Positions 1 to 9,618 of a DNA stretch of 64,000 nucleotides are shown in pieces. Each line of letters starts with the position of its first letter. Positions within the stretch are counted from its first letter, which is position 1. Under the pieces are notes generated by a model. It saw only the letters and a program-made list of their open reading frames with translations, was not told the DNA's origin and ran no database searches. The stretch is from Pseudorhodobacter sp. (GTDB lineage: Bacteria > Pseudomonadota > Alphaproteobacteria > Rhodobacterales > Rhodobacteraceae). A program made the position numbers and the translations under genes. The DNA lies in assembly GCA_029254215.1 (NCBI GenBank), contig JAQWYA010000057.1, positions 1,128 through 65,127 on the forward strand, in the 5' to 3' direction.

Positions 1-927
1 AGGCGCGTAATCCATCGCGCTGGCCACCAGATCTCCCGAGAAGCTGGCGCAGAGGCGCGGGCGCGCGCTGTCAGACTGAACCTCATGGTCGATCACGCGA
101 AAGCCGTATTTGCCGATCGCGCTGTCAAGCAGGGCCTCGGTATCGTCGCGCGGCTGCAAATCCTGCGCCAGCCGCAGGGCCTTGAGCATATCCTGCCCCC
201 GGCCCTTACGCTCCAGCAATTGGCCCAGCGTCACAAGCACCGTATGGCGCAGCCCCGGATTTTCAGCCCGCAGATAGGCATTGACCGAGGCGCTGATCGC
301 CCGGTTCTCAAGCTCGATCCGCGTGTTCGGGTTGGACGGACCCGCGACGAACAGAAGGCGGGCATATTCGGCCCAGCCCTGCGGATCGTCGGTGATGTTC
401 AGGGCGGCACCCACAAAGGCACTGGCGCGCAGCGGATTGCCAGACGCCTCTTCCGCGGCGGCCTGCGCCAGATGCTCGGCCGCGCTCCATTTTCCGGTCA
501 GATGGCGGGCGGCAAGACCCACAGCCTGATTGAGGGCCTCTGAGAAATCCGACGGGCGCAGAAAGCTCAGCTCTGCTGCCCGGTCGCGGCTGCGATCCTT
601 GGCACCGGGATTGGCAGCAACCACACGGGCCGAGAAGGCGCCGTTGTAATCTGCCGTAACCCCCGCGTCCGCTTTCAGAAAACAAGCGCCATTGCGCGCG
701 TTAAAGGTGATGGCCGTACAGCTTTGATTGCCAAGACAGGCCTTCTGGCAAGCCTCCAGCGTGGTATCGAAAACGCTGGCAATATCACCCCCCGGAAAAT
801 CGGCATCGCGGATCATGACAAAGCGGCGGTCAGGCACCAGATCCTGCGCTGCAAGGGCTGTTGGCCCCAGCGCCAGAAACCCGGCAAGCGCCACCGAAAA
901 AAGGCCCTTCAAACGAAACCCGACCAT
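1..927 (-). CDS. alpha-2-macroglobulin family protein, N-terminal part (gene continues beyond left edge)
   Basis: Not in ORF track because no stop lies in the window. Manual minus-strand translation from ATG 927-925 (AGGAGG at 935-940) gives MVGFRLKGLFSVALAGFLALGPTALAAQ (signal peptide), then a Cys-spaced PAN/Apple-like segment CQKACLGNQSCTAITFNARNGACFLK. I checked that the frame is open from 927 down to 541. The rest was read through to base 1 without seeing a stop. Family name rests on remembered Rhodobacterales YfaS-type N-termini. Confidence 0.55.
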   Translation of the reverse strand, partial: MVGFRLKGLFSVALAGFLALGPTALAAQDLVPDRRFVMIRDADFPGGDIASVFDTTLEACQKACLGNQSCTAITFNARNGACFLKADAGVTADYNGAFSARVVAANPGAKDRSRDRAAELSFLRPSDFSEALNQAVGLAARHLTGKWSAAEHLAQAAAEEASGNPLRASAFVGAALNITDDPQGWAEYARLLFVAGPSNPNTRIELENRAISASVNAYLRAENPGLRHTVLVTLGQLLERKGRGQDMLKALRLAQDLQPRDDTEALLDSAIGKYGFRVIDHEVQSDSARPRLCASFSGDLVASAMDYAP

Positions 928-1095
928 AGCAATACCTCCTGAACAATGCCGCAAGTCTGGCACGCAGTGCCGCGATCACGCAAGGATTCTGCCCCTCGGC
1001 ATCCTTTCATTAAGGAAGATTTCATCTTGTCCGGCCAGTCTGCGGCAAAGCACCCGGTGAACCGGGCAGACCCCAAAAAGTGAAAGTAGCCAGCG

Positions 1096-3678
1096 GTGAC
1101 AGACCAACCGATGAACATGATGGATCGGCTGGCAAAGGAACGCCGCGCCCGTCTGGCCGCCGAACGCCTGCTGGAGGCAAAGCAACGCGAACTCTTTGCC
1201 GCGAACCAGAAACTCGCTTTGCATGCCAAGGCTCTGTCTGAACAGATTGTTGAACAGCGCCATGTCACCAAAGCCGCCCTGTCGCAGGTGGAAACGGCGC
1301 GCCAACAACAAGGGCGTTTTCTCAGCGATCTGGAAAGCGCGCATACAACTGCCGTTATTGCAGAGCGGCGGCTGGTCGATTCGATCAACACGATCCGCGA
1401 TGGCTTTGCGGTCTTCGATTCGGATCTGCGGCTGACGGTGGCCAACAAAGCCTATCTGGCGGCTTTTGAAGGTTACAACGTCGGGCCGGGCATCTCTTAC
1501 ATCGAAATCCTGCGGCTCACTGGGGAAGAACGGCTGATCGATATCGGGGATCGCTCGGTCGATGATTGGGTGGCTGAAATGCTCGCCCGTTGGGAAAAAT
1601 CGCCAATCGAACCGATGGAAGTGCAGTTTGCCAATGGCAATTGGGTGCGGCTGGTGGACAGGCGCGCGCGCGACGGGGATGTGGTCAGCCTCGCGCTGAA
1701 TATTACCGAACAGGTTCGCATCTGGTCCGCGCTGGAAGCTATCCCAGACGGGTTTGTGCTTTACGCCAAGGACGACAGGCTGCTGGCCTGCAATCAGCGC
1801 TACAAAGAGCTTTATCCAAACAGCGCCGAGGCGATGACACCCGGCACCACGTTTGAAGACATCCTGCGCTACGGGCTTGAACGGGGCGAATATGCCGATG
1901 CTGTGGGGCGCGAGGAAGAGTGGCTTTCAGACCGGCTTGAACGCCACAGAAACCCGACCTCCACGCTGGAGCAACGTCTTGGCGATGGTCGGTGGCTGCG
2001 GGTGCTGGAACAGGCTACTCCGGATGGCGGGCGCGTTGGCCTGCGGGCCGATATCACACATCTCAAGGAACAGCAGGCCGCGCTGGAAGAGGCCCGGCTT
2101 GCCGCCGAGATGGCCAATCGCGCCAAATCCGCCTTCCTTGCCAATATGAGCCATGAGATCAGGACCCCGATGAATGGGGTTGTCGGCATGGCCGAATTGC
2201 TCTGCGACGGGGATCTAAGCGAAGAACAACGGCTTTTTGCCGAAACCATCCGCTCCTCCGGAGAGGCGCTTTTGGTCATCATCAACGATATTCTGGATTA
2301 CTCGAAGATCGAGGCTGAACGCCTGACGCTGCACCCTGAAGCCTTTGATCTGGAACGGATCATCCATGAAGTGGCGATGCTTCTTCAACCCCGCGCGCGG
2401 GGCAAGGGGCTCGATCTGATGATCGATTTCGACATGTTTCTTCCCACCCGCTTCATTGCAGATCCGGGGCGGCTGCGGCAGGTTTTTACCAATCTGGTCG
2501 GCAATGCCGTCAAATTCACCGAAAAGGGCCATGTCCTGATTCGCGTCGTCGGGATTGAAGGGGAGCCGGGCCATCAGCAGCTTCACGTCACCATCGAAGA
2601 CACCGGAATCGGGATCGCTGCCGACCAACTCGACCACGTGTTCGGAGAGTTCAATCAGGTCGAGGAAGAGGCAAATCGGAAATTCGAAGGCACCGGATTG
2701 GGCCTGACCATTACCAAACGGTTAATCGAACGGATGGGCGGCGACATCTGGGTGGACAGTGAGCTGGGCAAAGGCTCCAGCTTCGGGTTCCGCCTCAACC
2801 TGCCTGTCGCGGATGAGCTGGTGATCCCACAGTTTCCACTGTCCCTGTCGCGGGCACTGGTGGTGGACGATCAATTCATCAACCGCACCATTCTGGAACG
2901 CCAGCTGACGACCTGCGGGATGAAAGTTACGCTTTGCCGTTCAGGGGCAGAGGCGTTGGCGTCCATGGCGCAGGATTCGGCCTATGACGTGATCTTGCTG
3001 GATCACGAAATGCCGGAAATGAATGGCCTGACCCTTGCCACGAAACTGCGCGAGGCGGGCTATCAAACCGCGATGGTGCTTTTGTCTTCCAACCCCGGAG
3101 CCGTTCGCCAGTCAGAGGCCTCTGCCCTTTTCGACGCGATGATCCAAAAACCCCTGCTGCGATCCGATCTGTACCGCCGCCTTCAGGCCCTGACCCAGCC
3201 CGCCCCGCCAGACCAGCCTGTGCCTGCCCCACAGGGCAGACGCATGCGCATCCTGGCGGCTGAGGATAACCGCACCAACCAGTTGGTCTTCCGCAAGATG
3301 GTCAAGGATTTTGAGATTGACCTGACCTTCGCCAGCAACGGGGTGGAGGCGGTCAGCCTTTATCAATCAACCCGCCCAGACCTGATCTTCATGGATATTT
3401 CCATGCCTGAGATGGACGGAAAAGAAGCGGCAACCGCGATCCGAACCCTTGAGATGGCGAGTGGTGCGCATGTACCCATCGTCGCCCTGACCGCCCATGC
3501 GATGGAGGGGGATGCAAAAGCGATCCTTGCCGCGGGGATTGACCGCTACCTGACAAAACCGCTGCGCCGAAACGCCATTTCCGATGTCATGGTTGAATTT
3601 TGTCCGGCCAATGCCCTGCCCGTCCTGCCCCAAACCACCCAAGCTCGGGCAGAGGAAACGGTCGGGGCAGTCGAATAG
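1096..3678 (+). CDS. hybrid sensor histidine kinase/response regulator (coiled-coil, PAS-like region, HisKA, HATPase_c, two REC domains, no Hpt)
   Basis: 860-aa ORF with GTG start. H-box FLANMSHEIRTPMNGV; ATPase N/G boxes NLVGNAVKFT and DTGIGI...GTGLGLTI. Two receiver domains (ALVVDDQ...LLDHEMPEMNG and ILAAEDN...FMDISMPEMDG...KP). Confidence 0.9.
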   Translation: MTDQPMNMMDRLAKERRARLAAERLLEAKQRELFAANQKLALHAKALSEQIVEQRHVTKAALSQVETARQQQGRFLSDLESAHTTAVIAERRLVDSINTIRDGFAVFDSDLRLTVANKAYLAAFEGYNVGPGISYIEILRLTGEERLIDIGDRSVDDWVAEMLARWEKSPIEPMEVQFANGNWVRLVDRRARDGDVVSLALNITEQVRIWSALEAIPDGFVLYAKDDRLLACNQRYKELYPNSAEAMTPGTTFEDILRYGLERGEYADAVGREEEWLSDRLERHRNPTSTLEQRLGDGRWLRVLEQATPDGGRVGLRADITHLKEQQAALEEARLAAEMANRAKSAFLANMSHEIRTPMNGVVGMAELLCDGDLSEEQRLFAETIRSSGEALLVIINDILDYSKIEAERLTLHPEAFDLERIIHEVAMLLQPRARGKGLDLMIDFDMFLPTRFIADPGRLRQVFTNLVGNAVKFTEKGHVLIRVVGIEGEPGHQQLHVTIEDTGIGIAADQLDHVFGEFNQVEEEANRKFEGTGLGLTITKRLIERMGGDIWVDSELGKGSSFGFRLNLPVADELVIPQFPLSLSRALVVDDQFINRTILERQLTTCGMKVTLCRSGAEALASMAQDSAYDVILLDHEMPEMNGLTLATKLREAGYQTAMVLLSSNPGAVRQSEASALFDAMIQKPLLRSDLYRRLQALTQPAPPDQPVPAPQGRRMRILAAEDNRTNQLVFRKMVKDFEIDLTFASNGVEAVSLYQSTRPDLIFMDISMPEMDGKEAATAIRTLEMASGAHVPIVALTAHAMEGDAKAILAAGIDRYLTKPLRRNAISDVMVEFCPANALPVLPQTTQARAEETVGAVE

Positions 3679-3693
3679 GGGGCGGGCAACGCA

Positions 3694-3723
3694 AAAGCCC
3701 CACAACTTGCGTTGCGGGGCTTT
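3694..3723. terminator. hairpin between convergent genes (bidirectional terminator candidate)
   Basis: AAAGCCCCACAAC-TTGC-GTTGCGGGGCTTT, a 13-bp stem with one mismatch. It lies between the HK stop (3678) and the helicase stop (3742). Confidence 0.6.
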
Positions 3724-3741
3724 CCGAAATCTCTTGCCAAT

Positions 3742-6054
3742 TCAGCCTTTTGGCTTGCTCGGCGGCACGAAGCGTTTGCTTGTGTCAGTCGGGTTGGCCT
3801 TCGGCTTTGCCGGTTTCACAAAGGGCTTGCCTCCGCCGGGTTTGGCAAAGCTTTTGCCCTCGGATGCGTGCGACTTGAAGCCTGAGGCGCGAGCTGGCCG
3901 CCCTTCGCCTCCGCCAGAGGCCGGACCGCCGTGGGATTTAAAGCCCGACGACCGTGCTGCAGGTTTTCCAGCGGGTTTGCTATCTGCATTCCAGCGCGGC
4001 TTGCGCTCTCCACCAGCATCGGGCGTGGCACCGCGCGGGGCATAGGGCTTGGCCCCATCCTTGCGCGGGGCATAGGCCGTTTCGCCACCCTCGCTGCGCT
4101 TGGCATAAGGCTTTGCGCCGCCGTCAGCCCGCTTCGCAGCAGGTTTCCGGGCCGGAGCATCCCGCTTTTCCCAAGGCTTGCCGTCACCCTCATGGCGCTT
4201 CACATAAGGCTTTTTCTCGGGCTTTGCAGCAGGTTTCGGCGCTTCTGCCGGGGCCGCGCCATTATCCGGGCTCCAAGCTTCGGCAGCCGCCTTCGGCTTG
4301 CGCTTGGGTTTTGGGTCTGCGGCAAAATCGGGGCGCGATTTGTTGAAGGTTGCCGCCTCGGCCAAAACTTGCCCTGCGTTGTCATCCTCGACAAAACGCG
4401 ACGGCTTCGGCTTATAGGCCGGTTTATCACGCGCAGGCTTGCGGGGCGCGCGTTCGGGACGGTCCATCACAGGCTCCCCGGCCATCCGGCGCATCTCAAC
4501 CCCGGCTTCCAGCGGCAAGCCATCTTTGAACTTATCCGCCAGATTGGCCGCGATCTGCACAAAGGTTTCGTTTTCCTGAACGCGGATAGCCCCGATCCCG
4601 TCTTTGGTAATGGAACCCGCCTCACAGATCTTGGGCAAAAGCCACCGCGCTTCGGCACGGCCCGCACGACCCACCGAGATCGTGTACCAGACCGAGGCCC
4701 CAAACTCTCCACGCTCGCGCGGGGCCGGGGCTGCGTTCGGTGCATTCACATCGGCCAGAACCTCGGGCGAGGACCGCCCCTCACGCCACAGCTTGATAAA
4801 GGCCATTGCCACTTGTTCCGGGCCAAACCGATCCAGAAGAACGCTTGCAAGCGCCACATCTTCCCCGTCGTTCGGGCCAAGGGCGGGATGTTCCAGAATG
4901 CGCTGATCGTCGCGCTCCTGCACTTCCTCCGCCGAAGGGGCAGAGGCCCATTCCGCCACAACCTTCGCGCCCTGCAACAGGCGCTGGGCCTTACGAAACT
5001 CGCTGGGCACAACGATCAAGGCCGAAACGCCCTTGGCACCGGCCCGACCCGTCCGCCCGGAACGGTGAAGCAAGACTTCGGAATTGCTGGGCAAATCGGC
5101 ATGGATCACCAGATCAAGCCCCGGAAGGTCAATGCCCCGCGCCGCAACATCCGTCGCGATACAGACATTCGCCCGCCCGTTACGCAGCGCCGAAAGCGCA
5201 TTGGTCCGCTCTGACTGGCTCAACTCCCCCGAGAGCGCGACAACCTTGAAACCCCGGTTGCCCATGCGCCCCATCAGCGTGTTCACATTGGCGCGTGTCT
5301 TGCAAAAAACGATGGCCGTGCGCGCCTCATAGTAGCGCAGCAAGTTGAAAATCGCGTTTTCCCGGTCGCGCATCTGCACCGAAAGGGCCCGATACTCGAT
5401 ATCCACATGCTGCTTGGCTTCGCCCGCCGTCTGAATGCGCAGCGCGTCATTCTGGAAATCTTGCGCAAGGGCGGCGATGGCTTTCGGCACCGTGGCCGAG
5501 AACATCAGCGTGCGGCGATCTTCCGGGGCCTGCCCCAGAATGAACTCCAGATCCTCGCGGAACCCGAGGTCCAGCATCTCATCGGCTTCATCCAGCACCG
5601 CCGCGCGCAGCCCGCTCAGATCCAGTGACTTGCGCTCGATATGGTCGCGCAGACGGCCCGGCGTGCCCACAACGATATGCGCACCACGATCGAGGCTGCG
5701 CTTTTCGGTCCGGTAATCCATCCCGCCAACGCAGGTCGCGATTTTCGCCCCGGTCTCTCCGTAAAGCCAGTCCAACTCTCGGGCGACCTGCAGGGCCAGC
5801 TCGCGCGTCGGTGCAATGATCAACGCCATCGGCACATCGGCAAACAGGAACCGGTCGGCCCCATTCAAAAGTTCCGGCGCAATCGCGATCCCGAAGGCTA
5901 CGGTCTTTCCCGACCCGGTCTGCGCAGAGACCAGCACATCGCGGCCCTCCACGTCCGAGGCCAGAACAGCCTCCTGCACCGGAGTAAGGGTTTCATAGCC
6001 CTTGGCTTCGAGCGCCGCTGCCAAAGGCGCGGCGATATTCAAATGATCAATCAT
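3742..6054 (-). CDS. DEAD/DEAH-box ATP-dependent RNA helicase with DbpA-like RNA-binding domain and long basic repetitive C-terminal tail
   Basis: Motifs: Q motif TPVQ, AQTGSGKT, DEAD (VLDEADEML), SAT, HRSGRTGRAG. Start moved to internal ATG 6054 (MIDHLNIAAPL...), since the ORF-track start at 6138 adds an R/P-rich non-homologous extension. Confidence 0.9.
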   Translation of the reverse strand: MIDHLNIAAPLAAALEAKGYETLTPVQEAVLASDVEGRDVLVSAQTGSGKTVAFGIAIAPELLNGADRFLFADVPMALIIAPTRELALQVARELDWLYGETGAKIATCVGGMDYRTEKRSLDRGAHIVVGTPGRLRDHIERKSLDLSGLRAAVLDEADEMLDLGFREDLEFILGQAPEDRRTLMFSATVPKAIAALAQDFQNDALRIQTAGEAKQHVDIEYRALSVQMRDRENAIFNLLRYYEARTAIVFCKTRANVNTLMGRMGNRGFKVVALSGELSQSERTNALSALRNGRANVCIATDVAARGIDLPGLDLVIHADLPSNSEVLLHRSGRTGRAGAKGVSALIVVPSEFRKAQRLLQGAKVVAEWASAPSAEEVQERDDQRILEHPALGPNDGEDVALASVLLDRFGPEQVAMAFIKLWREGRSSPEVLADVNAPNAAPAPRERGEFGASVWYTISVGRAGRAEARWLLPKICEAGSITKDGIGAIRVQENETFVQIAANLADKFKDGLPLEAGVEMRRMAGEPVMDRPERAPRKPARDKPAYKPKPSRFVEDDNAGQVLAEAATFNKSRPDFAADPKPKRKPKAAAEAWSPDNGAAPAEAPKPAAKPEKKPYVKRHEGDGKPWEKRDAPARKPAAKRADGGAKPYAKRSEGGETAYAPRKDGAKPYAPRGATPDAGGERKPRWNADSKPAGKPAARSSGFKSHGGPASGGGEGRPARASGFKSHASEGKSFAKPGGGKPFVKPAKPKANPTDTSKRFVPPSKPKG

Positions 6055-6236
6055 GTCTTCTGCCTGATGAGGGGGCGGGTCGCCCGGTAAACGGCACCGC
6101 ATTTTCCCCACATGGCCGGGCCTCCTCGCCCGCGCCACCCCGGAAACTCAGGGCCAAGCGGCGTCCTTAGACGCAATCGTCCCCAAAGTCCAGCAATCTT
6201 AGGGCCCAACCCCAAATCCAGCCAGCGAAGGCCAGA

Positions 6237-6260
6237 TTTCTTCTTGGCCCAAATACCTCC
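6237..6260 (-). repeat. intergenic motif copy a (AGGTATTT-N3-CCAA-R-AAGAA family)
   Basis: Minus strand reads GGAGGTATTTGGGCCAAGAAGAAA. It lies in the 320-bp gap between the helicase start and the DUF4170 start. Confidence 0.7.
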
Positions 6261-6373
6261 TTTGATCCCTTCGCAGCGAAATCGCGCCCCCTCAACCGAG
6301 CCGGAACCGCCCCTTTCCCCTGCCCCGCCAAACCGCTATCCTGCGGCAAACCTGTTCAGCCAATGAGGAATCC

Positions 6374-6619
6374 ATGACCCAACGTCTCCATCTCGTTTAC
6401 GGAGGAGAGCTTGTCACCCCCGCGGGCACCGAGTTCAAAGATCCCTCCGCCATTCATATGGTGGGCATGTTCCCCGATTATGCCACCGCCTATACCGCTT
6501 GGAAGGCCGAAGCCCAGCGCACCGTAGACGATGCCCATATGCGCTATTTCATTGCCCATCTTCACCGCCTGACCGAAGAATCCGAACCCGGTTCCGCAGC
6601 CGCTGACACCAACCGGTAA
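6374..6619 (+). CDS. DUF4170 domain-containing protein
   Basis: 81 aa with an ATG start and GAGGAA RBS. The string LHLVYGGEL...FPDYATAYTAWKAEAQRTVDDAHMRYFIAHLHRL matches my memory of the DUF4170 family, which often sits upstream of waaA in alphaproteobacteria. Confidence 0.75.
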   Translation: MTQRLHLVYGGELVTPAGTEFKDPSAIHMVGMFPDYATAYTAWKAEAQRTVDDAHMRYFIAHLHRLTEESEPGSAAADTNR

Positions 6620-6631
6620 GTCTGCGCCACA

Positions 6632-7831
6632 ATGGCATATTCCCTCGGCCTGACCCTCTACAATCTGGCGAACCGGGGCGGAGCCGAGGCCGAGGCGCCG
6701 CGTCCGCCGCGCCCCTCCGGTCGGCTGGTCTGGCTGCATGCCCCCAGCGGCGACAGCTTGCCGCAAATGATCGCGCTCGCCCGCAGGCTTCAAGATCAAA
6801 CCTCTGTAGCGGTGTTGCTCACCAGCCCGGTTTTGCCCGTAAGCCTACCGAGGCATCTGACCGGACAGCCTCCGCCCGACGATAATCCAACGGAAGCCCG
6901 CAGGTTTCTGGACCATTGGTCGCCCGATATCGCAGTGATCGGCGAAGGAGAGCTGCGCCCCGCCCTCCTTCACGAAGCCCAGGAACGCGGCATCCCGCTG
7001 ACGCTGGTGGAAGGCCGCAACCCCCATTGGTTGCGCGGTCGCGAAGGGTGGTGGCCGGGCCTGATGCGCAGCCTTCTGGCCGGATTTCGCGCGGTTCTGA
7101 CGATCGACGAATCCGGGGCGCGCGCCTTTCGCCGGGCCGGGGCATCCCCCGGCACCGTCCGGGCCAGCGGGCATCTTGAATACCCCAGTTCCGCCTTGCC
7201 CTGCACCGAGGCCGAGCGCACGGAACTGGCCCGCATTCTTGCCACCAGACCCGTCTGGTTCGCCGCAGCCCTGCCTGAAAGCGAAGAGGCCCATGTCATC
7301 GCGGCGCATCGTGCGGCTCTAAAGCTGGCGCATCGGCTGTTGCTGATCATTGCTCCCGAAGATCCCACCCGTATTCCCGCCCTCGCAGAGCGGCTCGAAA
7401 AGATCGAAGGATGGACAGTGGCGCGGCGCGGCGAAGATCAGGAACCCGATGACGAGGTGCAGGTTTACATTGCCGACTCAGCGGTGGAATTCGGGCTGTG
7501 GTACCGATTGGCCCCGATCACCTTTGTCGGAGGCACCCTTTCCCCCGGCGGCGCGCGGCGCGACCCGATGGAGCCTGCGGCCCTTGGCTCTGCAATCATC
7601 CACGGCCCCCGCGCCGGACGTCATGGGGCCGTCATCGGCCGCCTTGCCGCCGCACAGGCCACGAGCCTGATCGGCTCTGCTGCCGATATGGCCGAGGCTT
7701 TGGGCGAACTCCTTGCGCCCGACCGCTCTGCCCGCCTTGCGCAAGCCGCATGGACCGTCGTTTCAGATGGCGAGGCCGCCTCGGCTGAGGCTGTCCGCAT
7801 GATCACGACCTTGCTGGAAAGCCCGGAATGA
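6632..7831 (+). CDS. waaA: 3-deoxy-D-manno-octulosonic acid (Kdo) transferase
   Basis: 399 aa. N-terminal Kdo-transferase-like fold ([11 protein letters not shown]..., [14 protein letters not shown]). Stop overlaps the lpxK start (ATGA at 7828-7831). Confidence 0.8.
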   Translation: MAYSLGLTLYNLANRGGAEAEAPRPPRPSGRLVWLHAPSGDSLPQMIALARRLQDQTSVAVLLTSPVLPVSLPRHLTGQPPPDDNPTEARRFLDHWSPDIAVIGEGELRPALLHEAQERGIPLTLVEGRNPHWLRGREGWWPGLMRSLLAGFRAVLTIDESGARAFRRAGASPGTVRASGHLEYPSSALPCTEAERTELARILATRPVWFAAALPESEEAHVIAAHRAALKLAHRLLLIIAPEDPTRIPALAERLEKIEGWTVARRGEDQEPDDEVQVYIADSAVEFGLWYRLAPITFVGGTLSPGGARRDPMEPAALGSAIIHGPRAGRHGAVIGRLAAAQATSLIGSAADMAEALGELLAPDRSARLAQAAWTVVSDGEAASAEAVRMITTLLESPE

Positions 7832-8817
7832 TGCGTGCACCCGGATTTTGGTTCACTCCCCCCGCCAAACCGGCCTGGAAAGCGCGGCTTCTCTCTCCGC
7901 TTGGCGCGCTTTATGCGGCGGGCACAGCGCGACGCTTGTGCAAACCGGGATGGCGCGCGGATGTTCCGGTCCTTTGCATCGGCAACCTGAACGCGGGCGG
8001 AACCGGCAAAACCCCAACCGCCATCGCCTTGATCCAGCGATTTGTCGCCCAGGGTCTCGCCCCTCATGTCGTCTCGCGCGGTTTTGGTGGCCATCTTGCC
8101 GGGCCAACACAGGTTGACCCCCTGCGCCACAATGCCGCCGAAACCGGAGACGAGCCTTTGCTTCTCGCCGCTTTCGCCCCCACATGGATCGCCAAAGACC
8201 GTGCCGCGGGCGTTCGCGCCGCGCAAGAGGCGGGGGCACAACTGGTCATTCTGGACGATGGGTTCCAGAATCCTTCGGTGCAAAAGGATCTGTCCGTGAT
8301 CGTGGTCGATGCCCAGCGCGGCTTCGGCAATGGCCTTTGCCTCCCGGCAGGCCCCCTGCGCGAACCGGTCGCCTCCGGTCTCGCGCGGGCCGATCTTCTG
8401 CTGTCCATCGGCCCCCCAAGCGCTCAGGCCAGTTTTGCCACCCAATGGGGTTCCGCCCTGACGCTGCCCCATCTGACGGGGGAACTGACCCCCCTGCAAA
8501 TGGGCTTCGATTGGCAGGGCAGCCGCGTTCTGGCCTTCGCCGGCATCGGTCATCCGGAAAAATTCTTCGCGACCCTGCGCGCCGAAGGGGCCGAAATCCT
8601 GCGCGCCCTAGCCTTGGAAGATCATCAAACCCTGTCCGACGCCCTCTTGCGGCGATTGGAGGCAGAGGCAAACGCCCTTGGTGCCCAGCTTGTCACCACC
8701 GAAAAAGACGCCGTGCGCCTCCCCGCTTCCTTCCGCCCCAAGGTACTAACCCTGCCCGTGCGCCTTCACCTCACCGACTGGTCCCCACTGGACAGCGCAG
8801 TGCAGCGGATCCTGTAA
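7828..8817 (+). CDS. lpxK: tetraacyldisaccharide 4'-kinase
   Basis: 329 aa. N-terminus PGFWFTPP...LSPLGALY and P-loop [16 protein letters not shown] are typical of LpxK. Confidence 0.9.
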   Translation: MMRAPGFWFTPPAKPAWKARLLSPLGALYAAGTARRLCKPGWRADVPVLCIGNLNAGGTGKTPTAIALIQRFVAQGLAPHVVSRGFGGHLAGPTQVDPLRHNAAETGDEPLLLAAFAPTWIAKDRAAGVRAAQEAGAQLVILDDGFQNPSVQKDLSVIVVDAQRGFGNGLCLPAGPLREPVASGLARADLLLSIGPPSAQASFATQWGSALTLPHLTGELTPLQMGFDWQGSRVLAFAGIGHPEKFFATLRAEGAEILRALALEDHQTLSDALLRRLEAEANALGAQLVTTEKDAVRLPASFRPKVLTLPVRLHLTDWSPLDSAVQRIL

Positions 8818-8844
8818 CCCACCGCATCACGGGCCGCACAACGT

Positions 8845-8872
8845 CTCTAACCGCGCAGTTAGAGCCTTTTTT
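8845..8872 (+). terminator. rho-independent terminator after lpxK
   Basis: CTCTAAC-CGCGCA-GTTAGAG followed by CCTTTTTTG. Confidence 0.65.
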
Positions 8873-8928
8873 GTCCAAACACATTGACAAATGATCAGCA
8901 CGCCAAGCGCACAGAAACCCGGACCCGC

Positions 8929-8956
8929 ATTTCTTCTTGGAAAAAATACCTACCCC
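8929..8956 (-). repeat. intergenic motif copy b (AGGTATTT-N3-CCAA-R-AAGAA family)
   Basis: Minus strand reads GGGGTAGGTATTTTTTCCAAGAAGAAAT, immediately downstream (in its orientation) of the sugar transferase stop at 8974. Confidence 0.7.
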
Positions 8957-8973
8957 AGCGCCCCAAAGCGCGA

Positions 8974-9618
8974 TCACTCCAATCGAAAGACCCGCCGCAG
9001 CAAAACGCGCGTTCCCGTCTCCCAGATCAGGACAAGATCGAAGCAAAGGCTCTGATGCCGCTGATAGATCAGATCCAGCCGCGCTTTGCGGGGCACGCAA
9101 CGCGTGGCATAGACATGGTCAACCGCAGCCGCATCCAGACAGGGCGCAAGCAATCGCTCTTCGGTTTCGTGATAGCGCAGACTGGCAAGCCCGGTGATCC
9201 CCGGCCTACTTTGCAGAACCTGCCGATACAGCTCGGGAAAGCGGTCAGTATAATCGCGCAGGGGCGGGCGCGGGCCGACAATGCTCATATCCCCCTTCAG
9301 CACATTCCAAAGCTGCGGAACCTCATCGGCCCGAACGCGCCTGCAAAAAGCCCCGAAGCGGGTGATGCGCGCCCGCTTATCCCCGCCCGAAACGCCTCTT
9401 TCCGGCCCCGCTGGCCGCATTGTCCGCAGCTTCCATAAATTGAACGGCTGATCCGGCGACTTCATCCGCTCCGCTACATAAAACAGCGGGCGACCCTCGA
9501 CCAAAAGCATCACCGCCAAAAGACATAGAAACGGCAGCCCGACCAGCACCAGCAGAATGGCGACCATGACCAGATCAAGCGCCCGTTTGGCTGGGGTCAC
9601 CGGAGGGAGCCTTGCCAT
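8974..9618 (-). CDS. small monotopic phosphoglycosyl (sugar) transferase, PglC/WbaP-C-terminal type
   Basis: KRALDLVMVAILLVLVGLPFL re-entrant helix, then RPLFYVAERM...FNLWKLRTM...ADEVPQLWNVLKGDMSIVGPRP. Start set at internal ATG 9618. The upstream extension overlaps the epimerase gene. Confidence 0.85.
   Translation of the reverse strand: MARLPPVTPAKRALDLVMVAILLVLVGLPFLCLLAVMLLVEGRPLFYVAERMKSPDQPFNLWKLRTMRPAGPERGVSGGDKRARITRFGAFCRRVRADEVPQLWNVLKGDMSIVGPRPPLRDYTDRFPELYRQVLQSRPGITGLASLRYHETEERLLAPCLDAAAVDHVYATRCVPRKARLDLIYQRHQSLCFDLVLIWETGTRVLLRRVFRLE

Noticed and set aside
3931-5214. 427-aa plus-strand ORF
   Set aside because: Antisense to the DEAD-box helicase, which has all canonical motifs. 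The translation is an Arg/Pro-rich low-complexity shadow frame.
6237-6260. Reading the repeated motif as a promoter (sigma-54 TGGCAC-N5-TTGC, RpoH CTTG-N17-CCTATNT) or as an RBS plus a small ORF
   Set aside because: The spacing and second hexamers do not fit either promoter consensus. The short ORFs that would follow GGAGGTATTT differ completely among the four copies, so a conserved peptide is unlikely.
6112-6366. 84-aa Pro-rich plus-strand ORF in the helicase/DUF4170 intergenic region
   Set aside because: It has no RBS and a Pro/Ser/Arg-rich composition. It overlaps the repeated motif and ends inside the RBS region of the DUF4170 gene, so it is probably non-coding.
8884-9438. 184-aa plus-strand ORF
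   Set aside because: It is mostly antisense to the phosphoglycosyl transferase gene, which has strong family motifs.
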